Of a stretch of 64,000 nucleotides of DNA, positions 47,498-60,802 are shown piece by piece; the stretch's first letter is position 1, and every line of letters starts with the position of its first letter. The DNA is from Mobula birostris (lineage: Eukaryota): positions 175,422,057 to 175,486,056 of the forward strand of contig NC_092374.1 of NCBI RefSeq assembly GCF_030028105.1, written 5' to 3'. A program made the position numbers and the translations under genes. A model generated the notes under the pieces. The model did not search any database. It saw only the letters and a list, made by a program, of their open reading frames with translations, and was not told where the DNA came from.

Positions 47498-49239
47498 AGC
47501 CCTATAGCATTTGTCAGTTCCATCCTGGGAAACTGTCAATACAATCTTCACCTCTTGTAATATGATATATCTGTCAGGTATATTGTCAGTTTCTCTCACA
47601 AGAGGAACCAAAGCAAGTTTGTTCAACTTCTCAGCAAAAAAAAAAAAAAAAAATCTCCAAACCAGGCAACATCCTTTTGAACCTCTTCCACACCCTCTCT
47701 GGACATTGATGGTGTTTTTCAGCCAATTGAGTGATCTGGTGGTTTGCTGTCTGAGGGAGTTTGAGGTTTCAAGTAGTGTGGGGCCTGAAGGTCAAGAAGC
47801 CTGGAGATGGGGGTGTGAGCTGATGATCAACTCCATTTCTTGCTGACCTGACTGATTAAATCATCAAACAAGATTGAAATCAATGGAGATGAGAGCAGAA
47901 GGTGAGATGGTGTCCAGTGCCATCTGCCTGCATTTGACCCATCTCTTATGTGCTGCTCCTGGAGGAAGATGTCTGCATGTGAATGAGAGACCAGTCACCG
48001 CTTCTGGAGGAAGGGACCTGTGTTTGACTGGTCTTGCTTAATGCTACCAGAGTCCTGGGTTTTGGGAAAAGTTTAATCAAAAATGGTTTGTAGATTGGAC
48101 AATGTGTTTGATTTCTGGTTACTCTTTTATTTTTATTGTTTTTGTGATTGGTTGGGGTGGACGGGCTCTGCAGCCTGCAGTCAATGAGACATCACCAGAT
48201 TGATCTGAAATAAAACTAGTGTCCTTAGACTGTTTCAATGTGGTTTCATGTTTTATAATTTTTTTTTTGCTTTTCTGTGGTTTGTATGATTTGTTTTTGG
48301 GTATTTTGATGTTTTCTTGAATGGGTTGTATCATGGCTGTCTGTGGAAAGATGAAGCAGTACACAGTGCTGAAGGAACTCAGAAGACCAAGCAGCATCTA
48401 TGGAAAAGAGCACAGTTCTCATTTTAGGCTGAGACCCTTCATCAGGACTGGAACTGGAGGCCTACCCTGTGGAAAGATGAAATGTGGGGTTGTATACCAC
48501 ATGCATAATTTGATAATAAATGTACTTTGAAACATTCTCTCTTCCATGCAATGAATTCATTTGTATGCACTGTATGCAAGACAAGCTATTCACTACACCT
48601 CAGCAAACTGTGCAACGATAATAAGTCAGTTCCAGCAGTAATTACTCCTCTGATGCAGTGACTGGAACTTTACACAATGCTCCCAATGTTGCCTGCACAA
48701 AGTTTTATACAGCTGCAACTGCATCCTTGCCCTGACCAATGAAGGCAAGTATACTGTCCACCTCCTTTACCACTCTGTCAGCTTGTGTGGTCACACTGTC
48801 AGTGAGCTGAGCCCCTCCACCCCAAGACCCTAGTGTACAGCAAGGTTCTTAAGGGTTCTGCAGTTTACTGTGTACTGAATTAAAGTGTGAGGACAGAGGG
48901 TGAGGTAAATGAACTATGAGGGTGGGTCAGAGGCTGGATAGTAGGGGAGAACAAGGAAGCAGTATTAGGGACCAGTGCCAATCTGACAGATCAGGTTATT
49001 TCAGGGAATGGGAGGATTGGATTGGAATAGATGGGACTTCATTGCAGGATCTGCTAGTGTCTATTTGTGAAACACTGGGGAGGGTGTGGCTAGAAAATCC
49101 CCAATTACAAGCGGTAGAGAACAGACTGCATTCTTGTAAACCACAGAGTTATTAACATGCAATAACAAGCCAATTATATGGTGCGGTTAGTTTTGTCACC
49201 TGTTGCTGGGTAGGGTTTCTTTCTGAAGCCTCGATGAAG

Positions 49240-49740
49240 TTTATTGTCAAGTGCAGTGAAGTACAGGGCCAACAAAACAACTGCAGAGGCATTACCGCCA
49301 TGCAGGCACAACATAAATTATATATAAATTATAGCAGGCGGTGAAGAATAAAGTCTGTGCAAATCAAGACATTAGTGAGGGGAAAAAAATACCAGAGACA
49401 GTTTCCTGATAGTCAAAGAGGTGGGCCATAGACTTCCATTGCTGAGGTAGCAATAGGGTTGTGCAGTAGGTTCAAGAACCTGATGGTTGAAGGGAAATAG
49501 CTGTTTCTGACCTGGTGGTGTGAAACTGCAGGCTTCTGTGTCTCCTATCCAAAGGTAGCTGTGGCAAGAGGGCACAGAGTAAACAGTAGGGATTGGTGAT
49601 GGCAGGTGCTGCATTCTTGAGGCAATGCCTCCTGTAGATGTGAGTGCTGGGAGGGCTGTGTCCTCTACTCTCTGTAACCTCTTCCATTCAGCGGTGTTGC
49701 AATTGCCCCAACAGTCTGTGATGCAACAAGTTTTCTTCTT
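49240..49740 (-). mobile_element. Rex1/Babar 3-prime fragment
   Basis: YRRHCLKNAAPAIT..LLPQLPLDRRHRSLQFHTTRSE. Confidence 0.7.
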
Positions 49741-51044
49741 GGGATCTGACAGATAGTCAGGAAATTCACCATCTCTTCTCATTTTTTCCCACCCTCAGCT
49801 GTGGATGCAGCTTTGAGAAGAGGGGTAAAAGGGTGAGGGGATAGACAGCAGGAGAGGGGTAAATAACAACATTGGGGCAATGAGAGGAACAATAGTGCAG
49901 GATGTTGGAAATGGAAATTAAAGAAGAATGCGGGTAATACCCAGCATAGCAGGCAGCGGCTGTGAGGAGAGGAAACCTGAACTTGTTACAGTGGGTGATC
50001 TTGCATCACAGCTGGTCATCTACTGGAAAGGCTGGTTATTTGAAGGAATTCACAGAGGTTCATAGTGTCGCATAGCATAGAAACGGGCCCTTCAGCCCAT
50101 CATATTCATGCCAACTATCCAGGAACTGTTTGTACTAATCCCAATTGCTGCCACTCAGTCCAGAACCTTTTTGTCTTGGGGATGATGGAGGGGAGGGTAT
50201 GGTTGGCTTGGTGTGAAGTTGAATAATGAGGAAAAGATGGAGGAGTGGGAATGGGTGAGAATAGTACACCAGAGAATCAGGGCATTATGCATATCTTGTC
50301 AATTCTGACCATGAAACCAATCCTACTAACCCCATCTACATGCAGATGATCCATATCCCTTCATTCTCTCTGTCCATGTGCCTATCTAAATATCTCTTAA
50401 TGTAAAAGATGCAACTGCATTAAATTGTGAGGAAAGGATAGAGTGTGGGGTTGTAGGATTGATCTGATGGGGGAGGGCAGGAGACAGGGAATACTAATGG
50501 GAGAGAGAAGGAAAAAAAGGGTCAATGATTGTCCTAGGAATGGGGATGTCTCAGGAAACCGAAGAGTGGGAGTGGAGTGGATGGGACTTTGTTCCAGAGA
50601 TGCTGGTGTGTTTTTCAAGATTGGGAAGCAGAGGCTTCCTGTTCATATGGGACTGGGAGGGGCTGGCTGTAAAATCCTCAACTACAAGCAGCAGAGAAAC
50701 AGATTGCAGTCTCTTGAACTGCAGGGTCAACGTGGGATAAACATTCCAATTAAGTGGTATGGCTACAAGTTGTCACCTGTTGCCAGATAGGGTTTGTGTG
50801 CGAGGCTTCCCATCAAGTTTATTGACATGTGCACAAGTGCAGTGAACTACAATGAAATGGTTGTAGCAACATCACAGGGATGTGGACTCAGACAATGTCC
50901 AGAGCATAAATTATACTAGACAAACTCTATACTAGACAAATTACACTAGATAAACTCTGTGCAACATTACAGAGCCAACTTCTTGGTAGTGCATGAGGTG
51001 ATCAATAATGTCCTATTGCTAAGGTGGGGTTAGGATTGTGCAAT

Positions 51045-54000
51045 TTGATCATTAGATATAGGAGCAGAACTAGACCATGCGGCCCATCGAACATACTCCA
51101 CCATTTCATCATGGCTGACCCATTTCCCTCTCAGCCCCAATCTCCTGCCTTCTCCCTGTATCCAATATACCGCATGACTTAGTCTCCACAGCTACTTGTG
51201 GCAATGAATTCCACGGATTCACCACTCTCTGGCTAAAGAAGTTTCTTCTCATCTCTATTCATAAAGGATGCCCCTCTTTTCTGAGGCTGTGTCCTCTGGT
51301 CTTAGACTCCCCACCAGAGGAAAGACCCTCTCCACATTTACTCTATCAAGGCCTTTCAACATTTGAAAGGATTCAATGAGATCCCACTCCCCCCAATCCT
51401 CCTAAATTCCAGCGAGTATAGACCCAGAGCTATCAAACGTTCCTCGTAGGATAAACCTTTAATTTCTGGAATCATCCTTGTGAACCTCCTCTGAACCCTC
51501 TCCAATGCCAGCACATCTTTTCTTAGATAAGGAGCCCAAAACTGTTCACAATACTCAAGGTGAGGCCTCACCAGTGCCTTATAAAGCCTTAGAATTACAT
51601 CCTTGCTCTTGTATTCTAGACCTCTTGAAATGAATGCTAACATTATATTTGCCTTCCTCACCACCAACTTTATCTGCAAGTTAACCTTCAGGGTGTTCTG
51701 CACAAAGACTCCCAAGTCCCTTTGCATCTCAGATTTTTGGATATTCTTCCCGTTTAGAAAACAGTCTGCACATATATTTCTATTACCAAAGTGCATGACT
51801 ATGCAATTTCCAACATTATATTTCATTTGCCACTTCCTTCCCCATTCTGCTGATCTGTCTAAGTCCTTCTTCATCCTGCCTGTTTCCTCAACACTACCTG
51901 CTCCTCCACCAATCTTCTTATCATTTGCAAACTTGGCAACAAAGCCATCTATTCCATCATTTAAATCATTGATATACAGCATAAAAAGAAGCAGTCCCAA
52001 CACCGACCCCTGCAGAACACCACTGGTCACTGGCAGCCAACCAGAAAAGGATCTTTTTATTCCCACTCTCAATGTCCTACCAATCAGTCAATGCTCTAAA
52101 CGTGCCAGTAACTTTCCTGTAATACCATGGGCTCTTAGCTTGGCCTTCTGAAAGTCCAAATATACAACATCCACTACATTCACTTTACTTATCCTACTTG
52201 TAATCTCCTCAAAGAATTCTAAGAGGTTCTTCAGCCAAGATTTTCCCTTAAGGAAACCATGCTGACTTTGTCCTAAGTTGTCCTGTGTCACCACGTACTC
52301 CATAACCTCATGCTTAACAATTGAGTCCAACATCTTCCCAACCACTGAGGTCAGGCTAACTGGTCTATAATTTCCTTTCTGCTGCCTTCCTCCTTTCTTA
52401 AACAGTGATGTGACATTTGCAATTTTCCAGTCCTCTGGCACCCTGCCAGAATCCAATGATTTTTAAAAGATCATTACTAATGTCTCCACAATCTCTATCG
52501 CTACCTCTTTCAGATCCCTAGGGTGCAGTTCACCTGGGCCAGGTGACTTTTATACCCTTAGGTCTTTAAGCTTTTTGAGCAGCTTCTACCTTATAATAGT
52601 AACTGCACTCACTTCTCTTCCCTCACACCCGTCAACATATCGCACACTGTTAGTGTCTTCTACAGAGAAGACCGATGCTAAGTACTCATTTAGTTCATCT
52701 GCCATCTCCATATCTCCCATTATTATTTCTCCGGCCTCATTTTCTAGTGGTCCTGTATCCACTCACATCTCTCTTTTATTTTTTACATACTTGAAAAAGC
52801 TTTAACTGTCCACTTTGATATTATTTGTTAGCTTGCTTTCATATTTCATCTTTTCCTCCTAATTTTTAGTTGTTGTCTGTAGGTTTTTAAAAGCTTCCCA
52901 ATCCTGTCTTCCTGCTGATTTTTACATTGTTGTAGGCCATCTCTTTTGCTTTTACATTTGCTTTGACTTCCCTTGTCAGCCACAGTTATACTATTTTGCC
53001 ATTTCAGTTTTCCTTTGATTTTGGAATACATTTATCCTGCACCTTTCTCATTTTTCCCAGAAACTCACACCATTGCTGCTCTGTTCATTCCTGCCAGCAT
53101 ATCCTTCCAATTTATTTTGGCCAACTCCTCTCTCATACCACTGTAATTTCCTTTACTCCACTGAAATACTGCTACATCAGACTTTACTTTATCCCTATCA
53201 AATTTCAATTTAACCGATTTTCCCCTGGGATCAATAAAGTATGACTATGACTATACTATGACTAATTCAATCACATTGTGATCACTGCCTCCTTAGGGTT
53301 CTTTTACCTCAAGCTCTCTAATCACCTCTGGTTCATTACATGACACCCAATCCAGTATAGCTGATCTTCTAGTAGGCTCAATGCCAAACTGCTCTAAAAA
53401 GCCATCTCGTAAGCATTCAACAAATTCACTCTCTTGAGATCCATTACCAACCTGATTCTCCCAATCGACCTGCATGTTGAAATTTCCCATGACTATCATA
53501 ACATTGCCCTTTTGTCTCGCCTTTTCTATTTCCCATTGTAATCTGTGGTCCACATCCCAACTACTACTGGAAAGCCTGTATATAACTGCTATTAGGGTCC
53601 TTTTATGCTTGCAGTTTCTTAACTCAATCCACAAGGATTCAACATCTTCCGATCCTATGTCACATCTTTCTACTGATTTGATGCCATTCCTTACCAGCAG
53701 AGCCATGGCACCCCCTCTGCCTACCTTTCTATCCCTCTGATACAATGTGTAGCCTTGGACATTCAGCTCCCAACTACAACCATCCTTTAGCCACGATTCA
53801 GTGATGGCCACAACATCATACCTGACAATCTGTAATAGTGCAGCAAGATCATCCACCTTATTTCTTATACTCCATGCATTGAGATACAACACTTAGAGTG
53901 CTGTGTTTGCTACTCTTTCTGATTCTGCATCATGAATGCACTGACTCATATCCTACTGGCTGCAACTTTGTCCCATCATCTGCTTGCTCTTCCTGACAAT

Positions 54001-54060
54001 TTGTGGGCATGCTATCTTTTTTTGCCATCTTTCCTATCCTGAGTCCCTTCATCCTAGTTC
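51045..54060 (-). mobile_element. CR1 with nearly complete but frameshifted ORF2 (APE endonuclease and RT)
   Basis: ORF 53293-53892 YLNAWSIRNKVDDL..VAITESWL..GNFN; ORFs 52088-52456 and 51356-52072 give the RT. Confidence 0.93.
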
Positions 54061-54269
54061 TCACCACCCTGCCAAATAGTTTAAATCCTCCCCAAGAAAT
54101 CTAACAAACCTGTCCTCAAGAATATGGGTCACCCTTGGGTTCAAGGTGATGGGACCAGGGGAGAAGAAAGAGGAGCCTGTGCTATAATTAGGAGGGCTTC
54201 AGGGAATGAAAGGCAGTGGTTGGGAGGTGCTTAGATTAGGGAGGAGAGGGCATTGAGTACAGGTGTTAT

Positions 54270-54950
54270 GACATTCTGTGAGTTTGCACAGATTTGTCAT
54301 GCCATCTAAAAATTTGACAAACTACAATAGATGCACAGTAGAAAGAATCCTGAGGGGTTGCATCATGGCCTGTTAAGCAAACAATCACCAGTAGCCAAGA
54401 ACAGAAAAGCCTATAAAATTGTTGGACACAGTGCAGTCCATCACAGGAAATGTCCTCTCCACCACTGAGCAGGTTTACTAAGAACACTGCCACAAGAAAA
54501 CCACATCCATCACCAAGGACCCCCAGCATCAGGACATGCTCTCTTCTCACTGCTATGATCAGGAAGGAGGTGCAGGAGCCTCAAGTCCCATACCACCAGA
54601 TCAGGAAAAGTTATCCTTCAGCCATCAGGCTCCTGGACCAACGTGGACACCTTCACTTAGCACAGCACTGAACTGATCATCGAACACAACCTATAGACTC
54701 ACTTTCAAGGATTCTACAATTCATATTCTTTCTATTGCTTAATTATTTGTTCATTTACTATTATTATTTGTCTTTTCTGTATTTGCATAGTTTGTCTTGT
54801 TTTACACAATAGTTGCTTGTTAGTCTTTGTGCGTAGGTTTTCATTGATTCTGTTGTGCTTTGTTCTATGTGAAAGCCTGAAAGAAAATGAATCTCAGGGT
54901 ACATCAGGTGACATTGACGTATTTCTGGTAATACATTTGCTTAGAGCTTT
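54270..54950 (+). mobile_element. Rex1/Babar 3-prime fragment (duplicated with flank at about 63480-64000)
   Basis: RCTVESILxGCIMAW..HPGHALFSLL..SYxPSAIRLL remnants. Confidence 0.75.
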
Positions 54951-55199
54951 GAACTTTGAGAAGTGCTGGTGAGGTTGCATCTGGAGTACGTGTACAGGTT
55001 TTGGCAACCTTATTAGAGGAACAAAGTAGTGGAAATACCATTGAAATTTGAAGCAACTCTTTTCCATAGATGGTTCCAGCATTTTGTGTGTGTTGCTTGG
55101 ATTTCTAGCACCTTTAGGTTTTCTCTTATTTGTGACTGAAATCTGAAGGCCTGAGTTAAGGGTGAGATTGTTCAGGCTGGGAATTTCTTCCTTGTGCTG

Positions 55200-55680
55200 T
55201 TTTGCAGCAGGAGTTACAGTACAAAGGCACAACGTTATAAATCACAAAATAAATAGTGCAATAAAGAGAAGGACATAACATTCATGGACTCAGAAATCTG
55301 ATAGAGGGAAAAGATGCTATTTTTGAATCATTCTATGTGGGTCTAATGGTGGTAATGAGAAGAGGACAAGTTCTGGAATGTGAGGATCCATGACCATGGA
55401 TGCTGCCATCTTGAAGCAGTGCTTCTTGAAGATGTCCTCAAAGGTGGGGAAGGTTGTGCCCATGATGGATTTGGCTGAGTTGACGACCTTTTGCAGTGTC
55501 AGGTTCCGATGTAACCAGTCAGAATGCTCTCCACTGTACATCAATAGAAATTTACTGACACACCAAATCTCCTCAAATTCCTAATGAAGTAGAGCTGGCA
55601 TGTCTTCTTCATGATTGGTTCAATGTGCTGGGCCCAGACAGATTTTCTGATATGTTGACAAGCAGGAACTTGAAGCTGCT
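55200..55680 (-). mobile_element. Rex1/Babar fragment
   Basis: LQKVVNSAKSIMGTTFPTFEDIFKKHCFKMAASMVMDPH. Confidence 0.7.
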
Positions 55681-56409
55681 CAGATAGATGGGGCGAATGC
55701 ACACAGTTTTATCCAGGGTAGGGGAAAGAAAACAAAAAACTGGAGGACATAAGTTTAAACATATGTTTAACTCTGGGGTGACAGGTTACTGGGGTGTAGG
55801 ACGGTAAAGTTGGAGATATACCTGACTCATTGCTCCACCACCGTTGAGCCGCAGTTTAACAATCAAGGTGCTTCCTACACCACCTTCACACACACACCCC
55901 CACCCCAGAGGTTGTGAGAGCTGATGACAAGATTCTGAAGTGGAGCAATTCTGCACTCAGCAAGATCCCATGCACAGCAGTGTAATCATCACTGGAGCAC
56001 TGACTTCACTGACATTGGATGGGGCAGCCACTGGTCCAGGAACCAGTGGGACTGTCCTGCTCTCCCCAACAATGAACGTGGGATGTTTCTGGATGACCGT
56101 GAGATGACACATAGTCCCACAGCTACAGGAAGACAGTGCCCCCCCCCGGCATCCCTGCAGTGTGGAGCCAGCCTGGACTGAGAGACTGGGAACAACAGCC
56201 TGGAGATGGGGAGGGGGTTGGTTACTGTCATCACTCTGTGTCCCACTCCAATGCAAACGCACACACACATGCACGTACTCATACACTTAATCATAACCAC
56301 TGCACTCAGATACACAGGGTAAGAGGTAGACACACTAAGTTCAGGAGACCCTGACTGATAAGAGATATCAAGACTGTCATTAGGGAAAAGAAAAGAAAGA
56401 AAAGAAATG

Positions 56410-57160
56410 TAACAGGTTAAGCCATTGTATCTGAATTTCCAAAATCCGAAAACCTCTGAAATCTTAAATTTCTTTCACTGCTGACATGATATCACAAATG
56501 GAGAATTCCACAAGGCTCTGGGAAGGTTCCCAGACGATGTGCACCACAGACAGTGCTGAGAAGTGACCTCACATATGTAATGAACAGAAGTTAATGGAAA
56601 TTAGAAAAGCACTCCATTAAGTGAAAAATGAAGATCTCGGTCGTGTATTGCAAGAGTGGAATCGTCAGTGTCGGAGTGAACACATGCAGCTTAACAGTAT
56701 GCTGATCATGAAGCAAGCAAAGAGCTTGTTCATTACAATGAATTGAAAATTGAAAGGAATTGTGAATGTTCAGCAGGCTGGTTGCAGAAATTTAAGAAAA
56801 GGTGCAACTTTAATTTTTTTTAAAGATTTGTAGTGATAAAGTATCTATTGATCATGAAGCAGCAGAGAAATTCATTGATAGGATTGCTAAGGTTGTTGGT
56901 GATGAAAATCTGACATGTGATTGACTGCATTAGGCCATACTGTATGTGTGATGAACAAGTGTAAGACAAAGAGTGCTTACCAGTAGCACATAAATTCAGA
57001 GTCGGGATGATAGTGATGCCAAGCAACCACTGACTGTCTACCTGGGTAGCCAAGGTAGTGACAGCTTACCTTTCTGATGGCTCATGCACAAAATTATTAA
57101 AAGTATTATATAAAGCTACCTTCAGTGTATATGTAGAAGCTATAAATGCAATGTAAATGG
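56410..57160 (+). mobile_element. Tigger-like transposon fragment with CENP-B-type HTH
   Basis: DLGRVLQEWNRQCRSEHMQLNSMLIMKQAK...CSAGWLQKFKKR...DHEAAEKF. Confidence 0.75.
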
Positions 57161-58200
57161 ATTTTGTGTTTCGACTTGTAACTCTTCCCCAGGCTCAAAG
57201 CTTTGTCTGGAGGTCTGGGATAGATCATCAGATTGAGCAGTTTGTCATTCACTGTTTGAGATGTGAACATGTCCAAAAGCTGCCCAAGAGAAGCTCCTTT
57301 CCATCCCTGGGAATGGCCGGCATTACCCGAGCAGAGGACCCATGTGGGTTTTGCCAGACCGTTCATGGGCTCGAGTTTCTTGGTAGCAGTGAATGCAGCT
57401 ACAAAGCGCCCAGAAACGTTCACAATATCCTCCACTACAGCATTGTAGACTGTTGATGTGTTGATAAGCTTCTTCTCTGGGTCTGCTGTTCCACAGTACT
57501 TAGTGAAAATAGATCACAGTTTGTTGCAGAACAGTTTCAGTCATTCCTGAAAATGAATGTAATAAAACATATTACATCTGGACCATGCCGCAAATGGCTT
57601 GGTGGAGAGGTTTGTCCAGAGTCTGAAGAATGTCAGCTGAAGACACAACACTAATTCTGAACCAGAAGCTTGCCAATTTCTTGCTTCCACCTCACACAGT
57701 AGCACACTCCACAACCAACAACTCACCAGCTTGGATCTCCTCAAACCTAATCTCAGAAGGATTATGCAGGACAAACAGTTGAGGCAAATTGAGGGCTCCT
57801 TAAACAAGGAGGTTCGATGTTTCACTCCTGGTGAAGAACTATAGAGGTGGTCAAAATTGAGTACTAGGAAAGATTAAAGACAGAACTGGACCTCTCTCGT
57901 ATACTTTGGAGATTGCATCTGATATCATCTCGAGATGATACATTGATCGTTGAGTAGAGCAGAGTTAATTGTTAGGGAAGAAAGGTGACCAGAGTGTGAG
58001 AACCATTCCTGCAGTCCCAGAGACAACTCTTACAACCACCACGGAGAATGCCCGAGAAGCTGAGATTGCTTCAGAGCCATAAGTCTGTCATGCCAAGCAG
58101 AGTGACTCACTTGTCAGGAAAGATGTTATCCCACAAGAGTAAGTTATCCCTCAAGAGTAAGCCATCCTCCACAGTTAACATCTCTGTTTGTTGAAATAAT
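57160..58200 (+). mobile_element. Gypsy LTR-retrotransposon integrase fragment
   Basis: WSGIDHQIEQFVIHCLRCEHVQK (zinc-binding), PFHPWEWP...HVGFARPFMGSSFLVAVNAATKRPE and the C-terminal GPLSY region. Confidence 0.85.
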
Positions 58201-58375
58201 TTGTTACGGGTTATACTGTATGTAAATGTACGTGAATGTCATATGTTATTACACCAGTATGTCAAATATGTGTGCCTCTCTAAAAGTAAGAATGAACGTA
58301 CATACATTAAGTCCCACCCTGTATTTTTTATTAGTTTTATGCTTTGGAGTTACAAAACATTACATGACCCATTGG
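58201..58375 (+). repeat. Possible Gypsy LTR
   Basis: Begins TGTTACGG and ends ..ACA, directly after the integrase 3-prime region. No clear PPT seen. Confidence 0.35.
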
Positions 58376-58879
58376 ACACATTTCACGAAGCAAAAGATGG
58401 TTCTACTGACTACCAAGTGTGAGCAGTGGGGAACAGGCCACATCAGCACCAAGTACAGCAGCTCTGAGAGCACATTGCAACTAATAATAAAGTTCTTCCC
58501 AGTTAAAGACAGTGGATGCCATATCCATTGACTTAACTATTTGTTTGACCTTTCCCACCAGCTCCAGAAAAATCTTGTTACATGCCTCAACCTCTCCAAA
58601 TCAGATCTCCAACACCTTCAGGTCATCAAACCTGATGGAAATGGGAACCAAATGGAATCTAGTTCATATGGGACACTGGGAGATGGGCTGGCTGGAAAAT
58701 CCCCAACTACAAGTAGCAGGGAAATAGACCGCAGCCACTCCAACCACAGGTTTATAAACAAGCCAATCAAATGGCAATGTTACAGTTTGTAACCTGTTAC
58801 TGGGTAAGTTTTGTTTTTGAAGCTCCAGTGAGATCTGGGATGTTTTACACTGAGTTCAGATCTGCAGAGACATCTCGGC

Positions 58880-59200
58880 CTGAAACATCTAAGCAAATTA
58901 AGAGCTCCTCAAACAAGGAGGTTCAATGTTTCACTCCTGGTCAAGCAGTCCTGGTGAGGGACTACAGAAGTGATCAAAATTGGGTACTTGGAAAGACTAA
59001 AGACAGAACTGCACCACTCTCATATACTTTGGTGATTACATCTGATATCATCTGGAGATAACACATTGATCAGTTGAGGAGAGCAGAGTTAATTGTTAGA
59101 GAAAAAAGGTGATCATAATGTGAGAACCATTTCCTGCAGTCCCAGAGACAAATCTTACAACCACCACAGAGAATGCCCAAGAACCTGAAATTGTCCTGCA
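58880..59200 (+). mobile_element. Second copy of the Gypsy integrase C-terminal segment
   Basis: FTPGQAVLVRDYRSDQNWVLGKTKDRTAPLSYTL, paralogous to 57780-58080. Confidence 0.85.
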
Positions 59201-59489
59201 TAACCCTTTCCAAAGATGCTGCCTGGCCTGCTGAGCTCCTGCAGCATTTTGTGTGTGTTGCTCGGATCTGCAGAGGCACGGCCCCACTCCCTCTGTTGTT
59301 GATGCAGCTGGTGTGCCTGGGATAGGGATAAGTAGAGGAGTTGAAGGAAGGCAGAGAAGGGTAAATGTCCATTGCAGAACTGTGAGAGGGACAACACTGC
59401 AGATGCTGGATGTCTGAAATAAAGAAGAATGCTGGAAATACCCATCAGGTCAGGCAGTGGCTGTGGGGAGTAGACCTGAACTCATATTA

Positions 59490-60370
59490 CAATTGAATTG
59501 AATTGAATTCACTTTATTTCTTACATCCTTCACATACATGAGGAGTAAAAATCTTTACGTTACGCCTTCCCCTAAATGTGCAATGTGCAATCATAGTAAT
59601 TTTAAAATAATTTATAATAAATAGAACAGACAATGTAATATAGAGTACATTCAAGTCAGCATGAGTTCATCAGTCTGATGGCCTGGTGGAAGAAGCTGTC
59701 CCAGAGCCTGTTGGTTCTGGCTTTTATGCTGCGGTACCATTTCCCAGATGGTAGCAGCTAGAATAGATTGTGGTTGGGGTGACTCAGGTCCCCAATGATC
59801 CCAGCCCTTTTTACACACCTGCCCTTGTAAATGTTCTGAATCATGGAAAGTTTACAACTACAGATGCGCTGGGTTGTCCACACCACTCTCTGCAGAGTCC
59901 TGTGATTAAGGGAGGTACGGTTCCCATACCAGGCAGTGATGCAGCCAATCAGGATGCTCTCAATTGCGTCCCTGTAGAAATTCTTAGGATTTGGGGCCCA
60001 TACCAAACTTCCTCAAACGTCCGAGGTGAAAGAGGCGCTGTTGTGGCTCTTTCACTACACAGCTGGTGTGCACAGACCACGTGAGGTCCTCGGTGATGTG
60101 GATGCTGAGGAACTTGAAGTTGTTTACCTTCTCAACCCTAGATCCATTGGTGTCTATGGGGGTTAGCCTGTCTCCATTTCTCCCATAATCCACAAGCAGC
60201 TCCTTTGGTTTTGCGACATTGAGGGAGAGGTTGTTTTCTTGACACCGCTGTGTCAGAGAGATGACTTCTTCCCTGTCGGCCACCTCATTATTGTTTGAGA
60301 TAAGGCCAATCAATGTAGTGTCATCAGTAAATTTTATTAGCAGATTGGAGCTGTGGGTGGCAACACAGAT
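59490..60370 (-). mobile_element. Rex1/Babar LINE RT C-terminus to tail
   Basis: IKFTDDTTLIGLISNNNE..NNLSLNVAKPKELLVD..FKFLSIHITEDLTWS and a (tgaat)n tail. Confidence 0.9.
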
Positions 60371-60802
60371 CCTAAAGCACACCTGGCCAGTCCCAGCAAA
60401 AGTGGGAATCAAAGATTCAGAGGACATTTATTTTCAGAGTACGCACACAGATTACAACACTGAGATTCCACTTCCCATTGGCAGCCATGAAACATAGAAG
60501 CATCATGGAACCCATTCAAGAAAACATCAAACACCCAACGCGTGAAAAAAGAAAGAAGTTACGCATCGGAAAAAAGAGAGCAAACAGCACATAGGCTATC
60601 AACCATCAAAGTAATATTATTCAGTTTAGTTCATTTCCACGCTATATTCTACCAGTCAGTGCAGGCTGCAGGGCCATTCTTCACCAACCGCCCCACGCTT
60701 CATCGATCACCCATATCAAACTGTTCAAAAACAGCAAAAATAAGAAAACCAGAATCTAGGAACACATGCAATATGAACCTCATATTGCCCCAAGACTTTA
60801 TG

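Noticed and set aside
58662-58810. Thrice-repeated module as a coding exon (donor-like GG|GTAAGT at about 58803)
   Set aside because: The donor and reading frame are not conserved in the other two copies.
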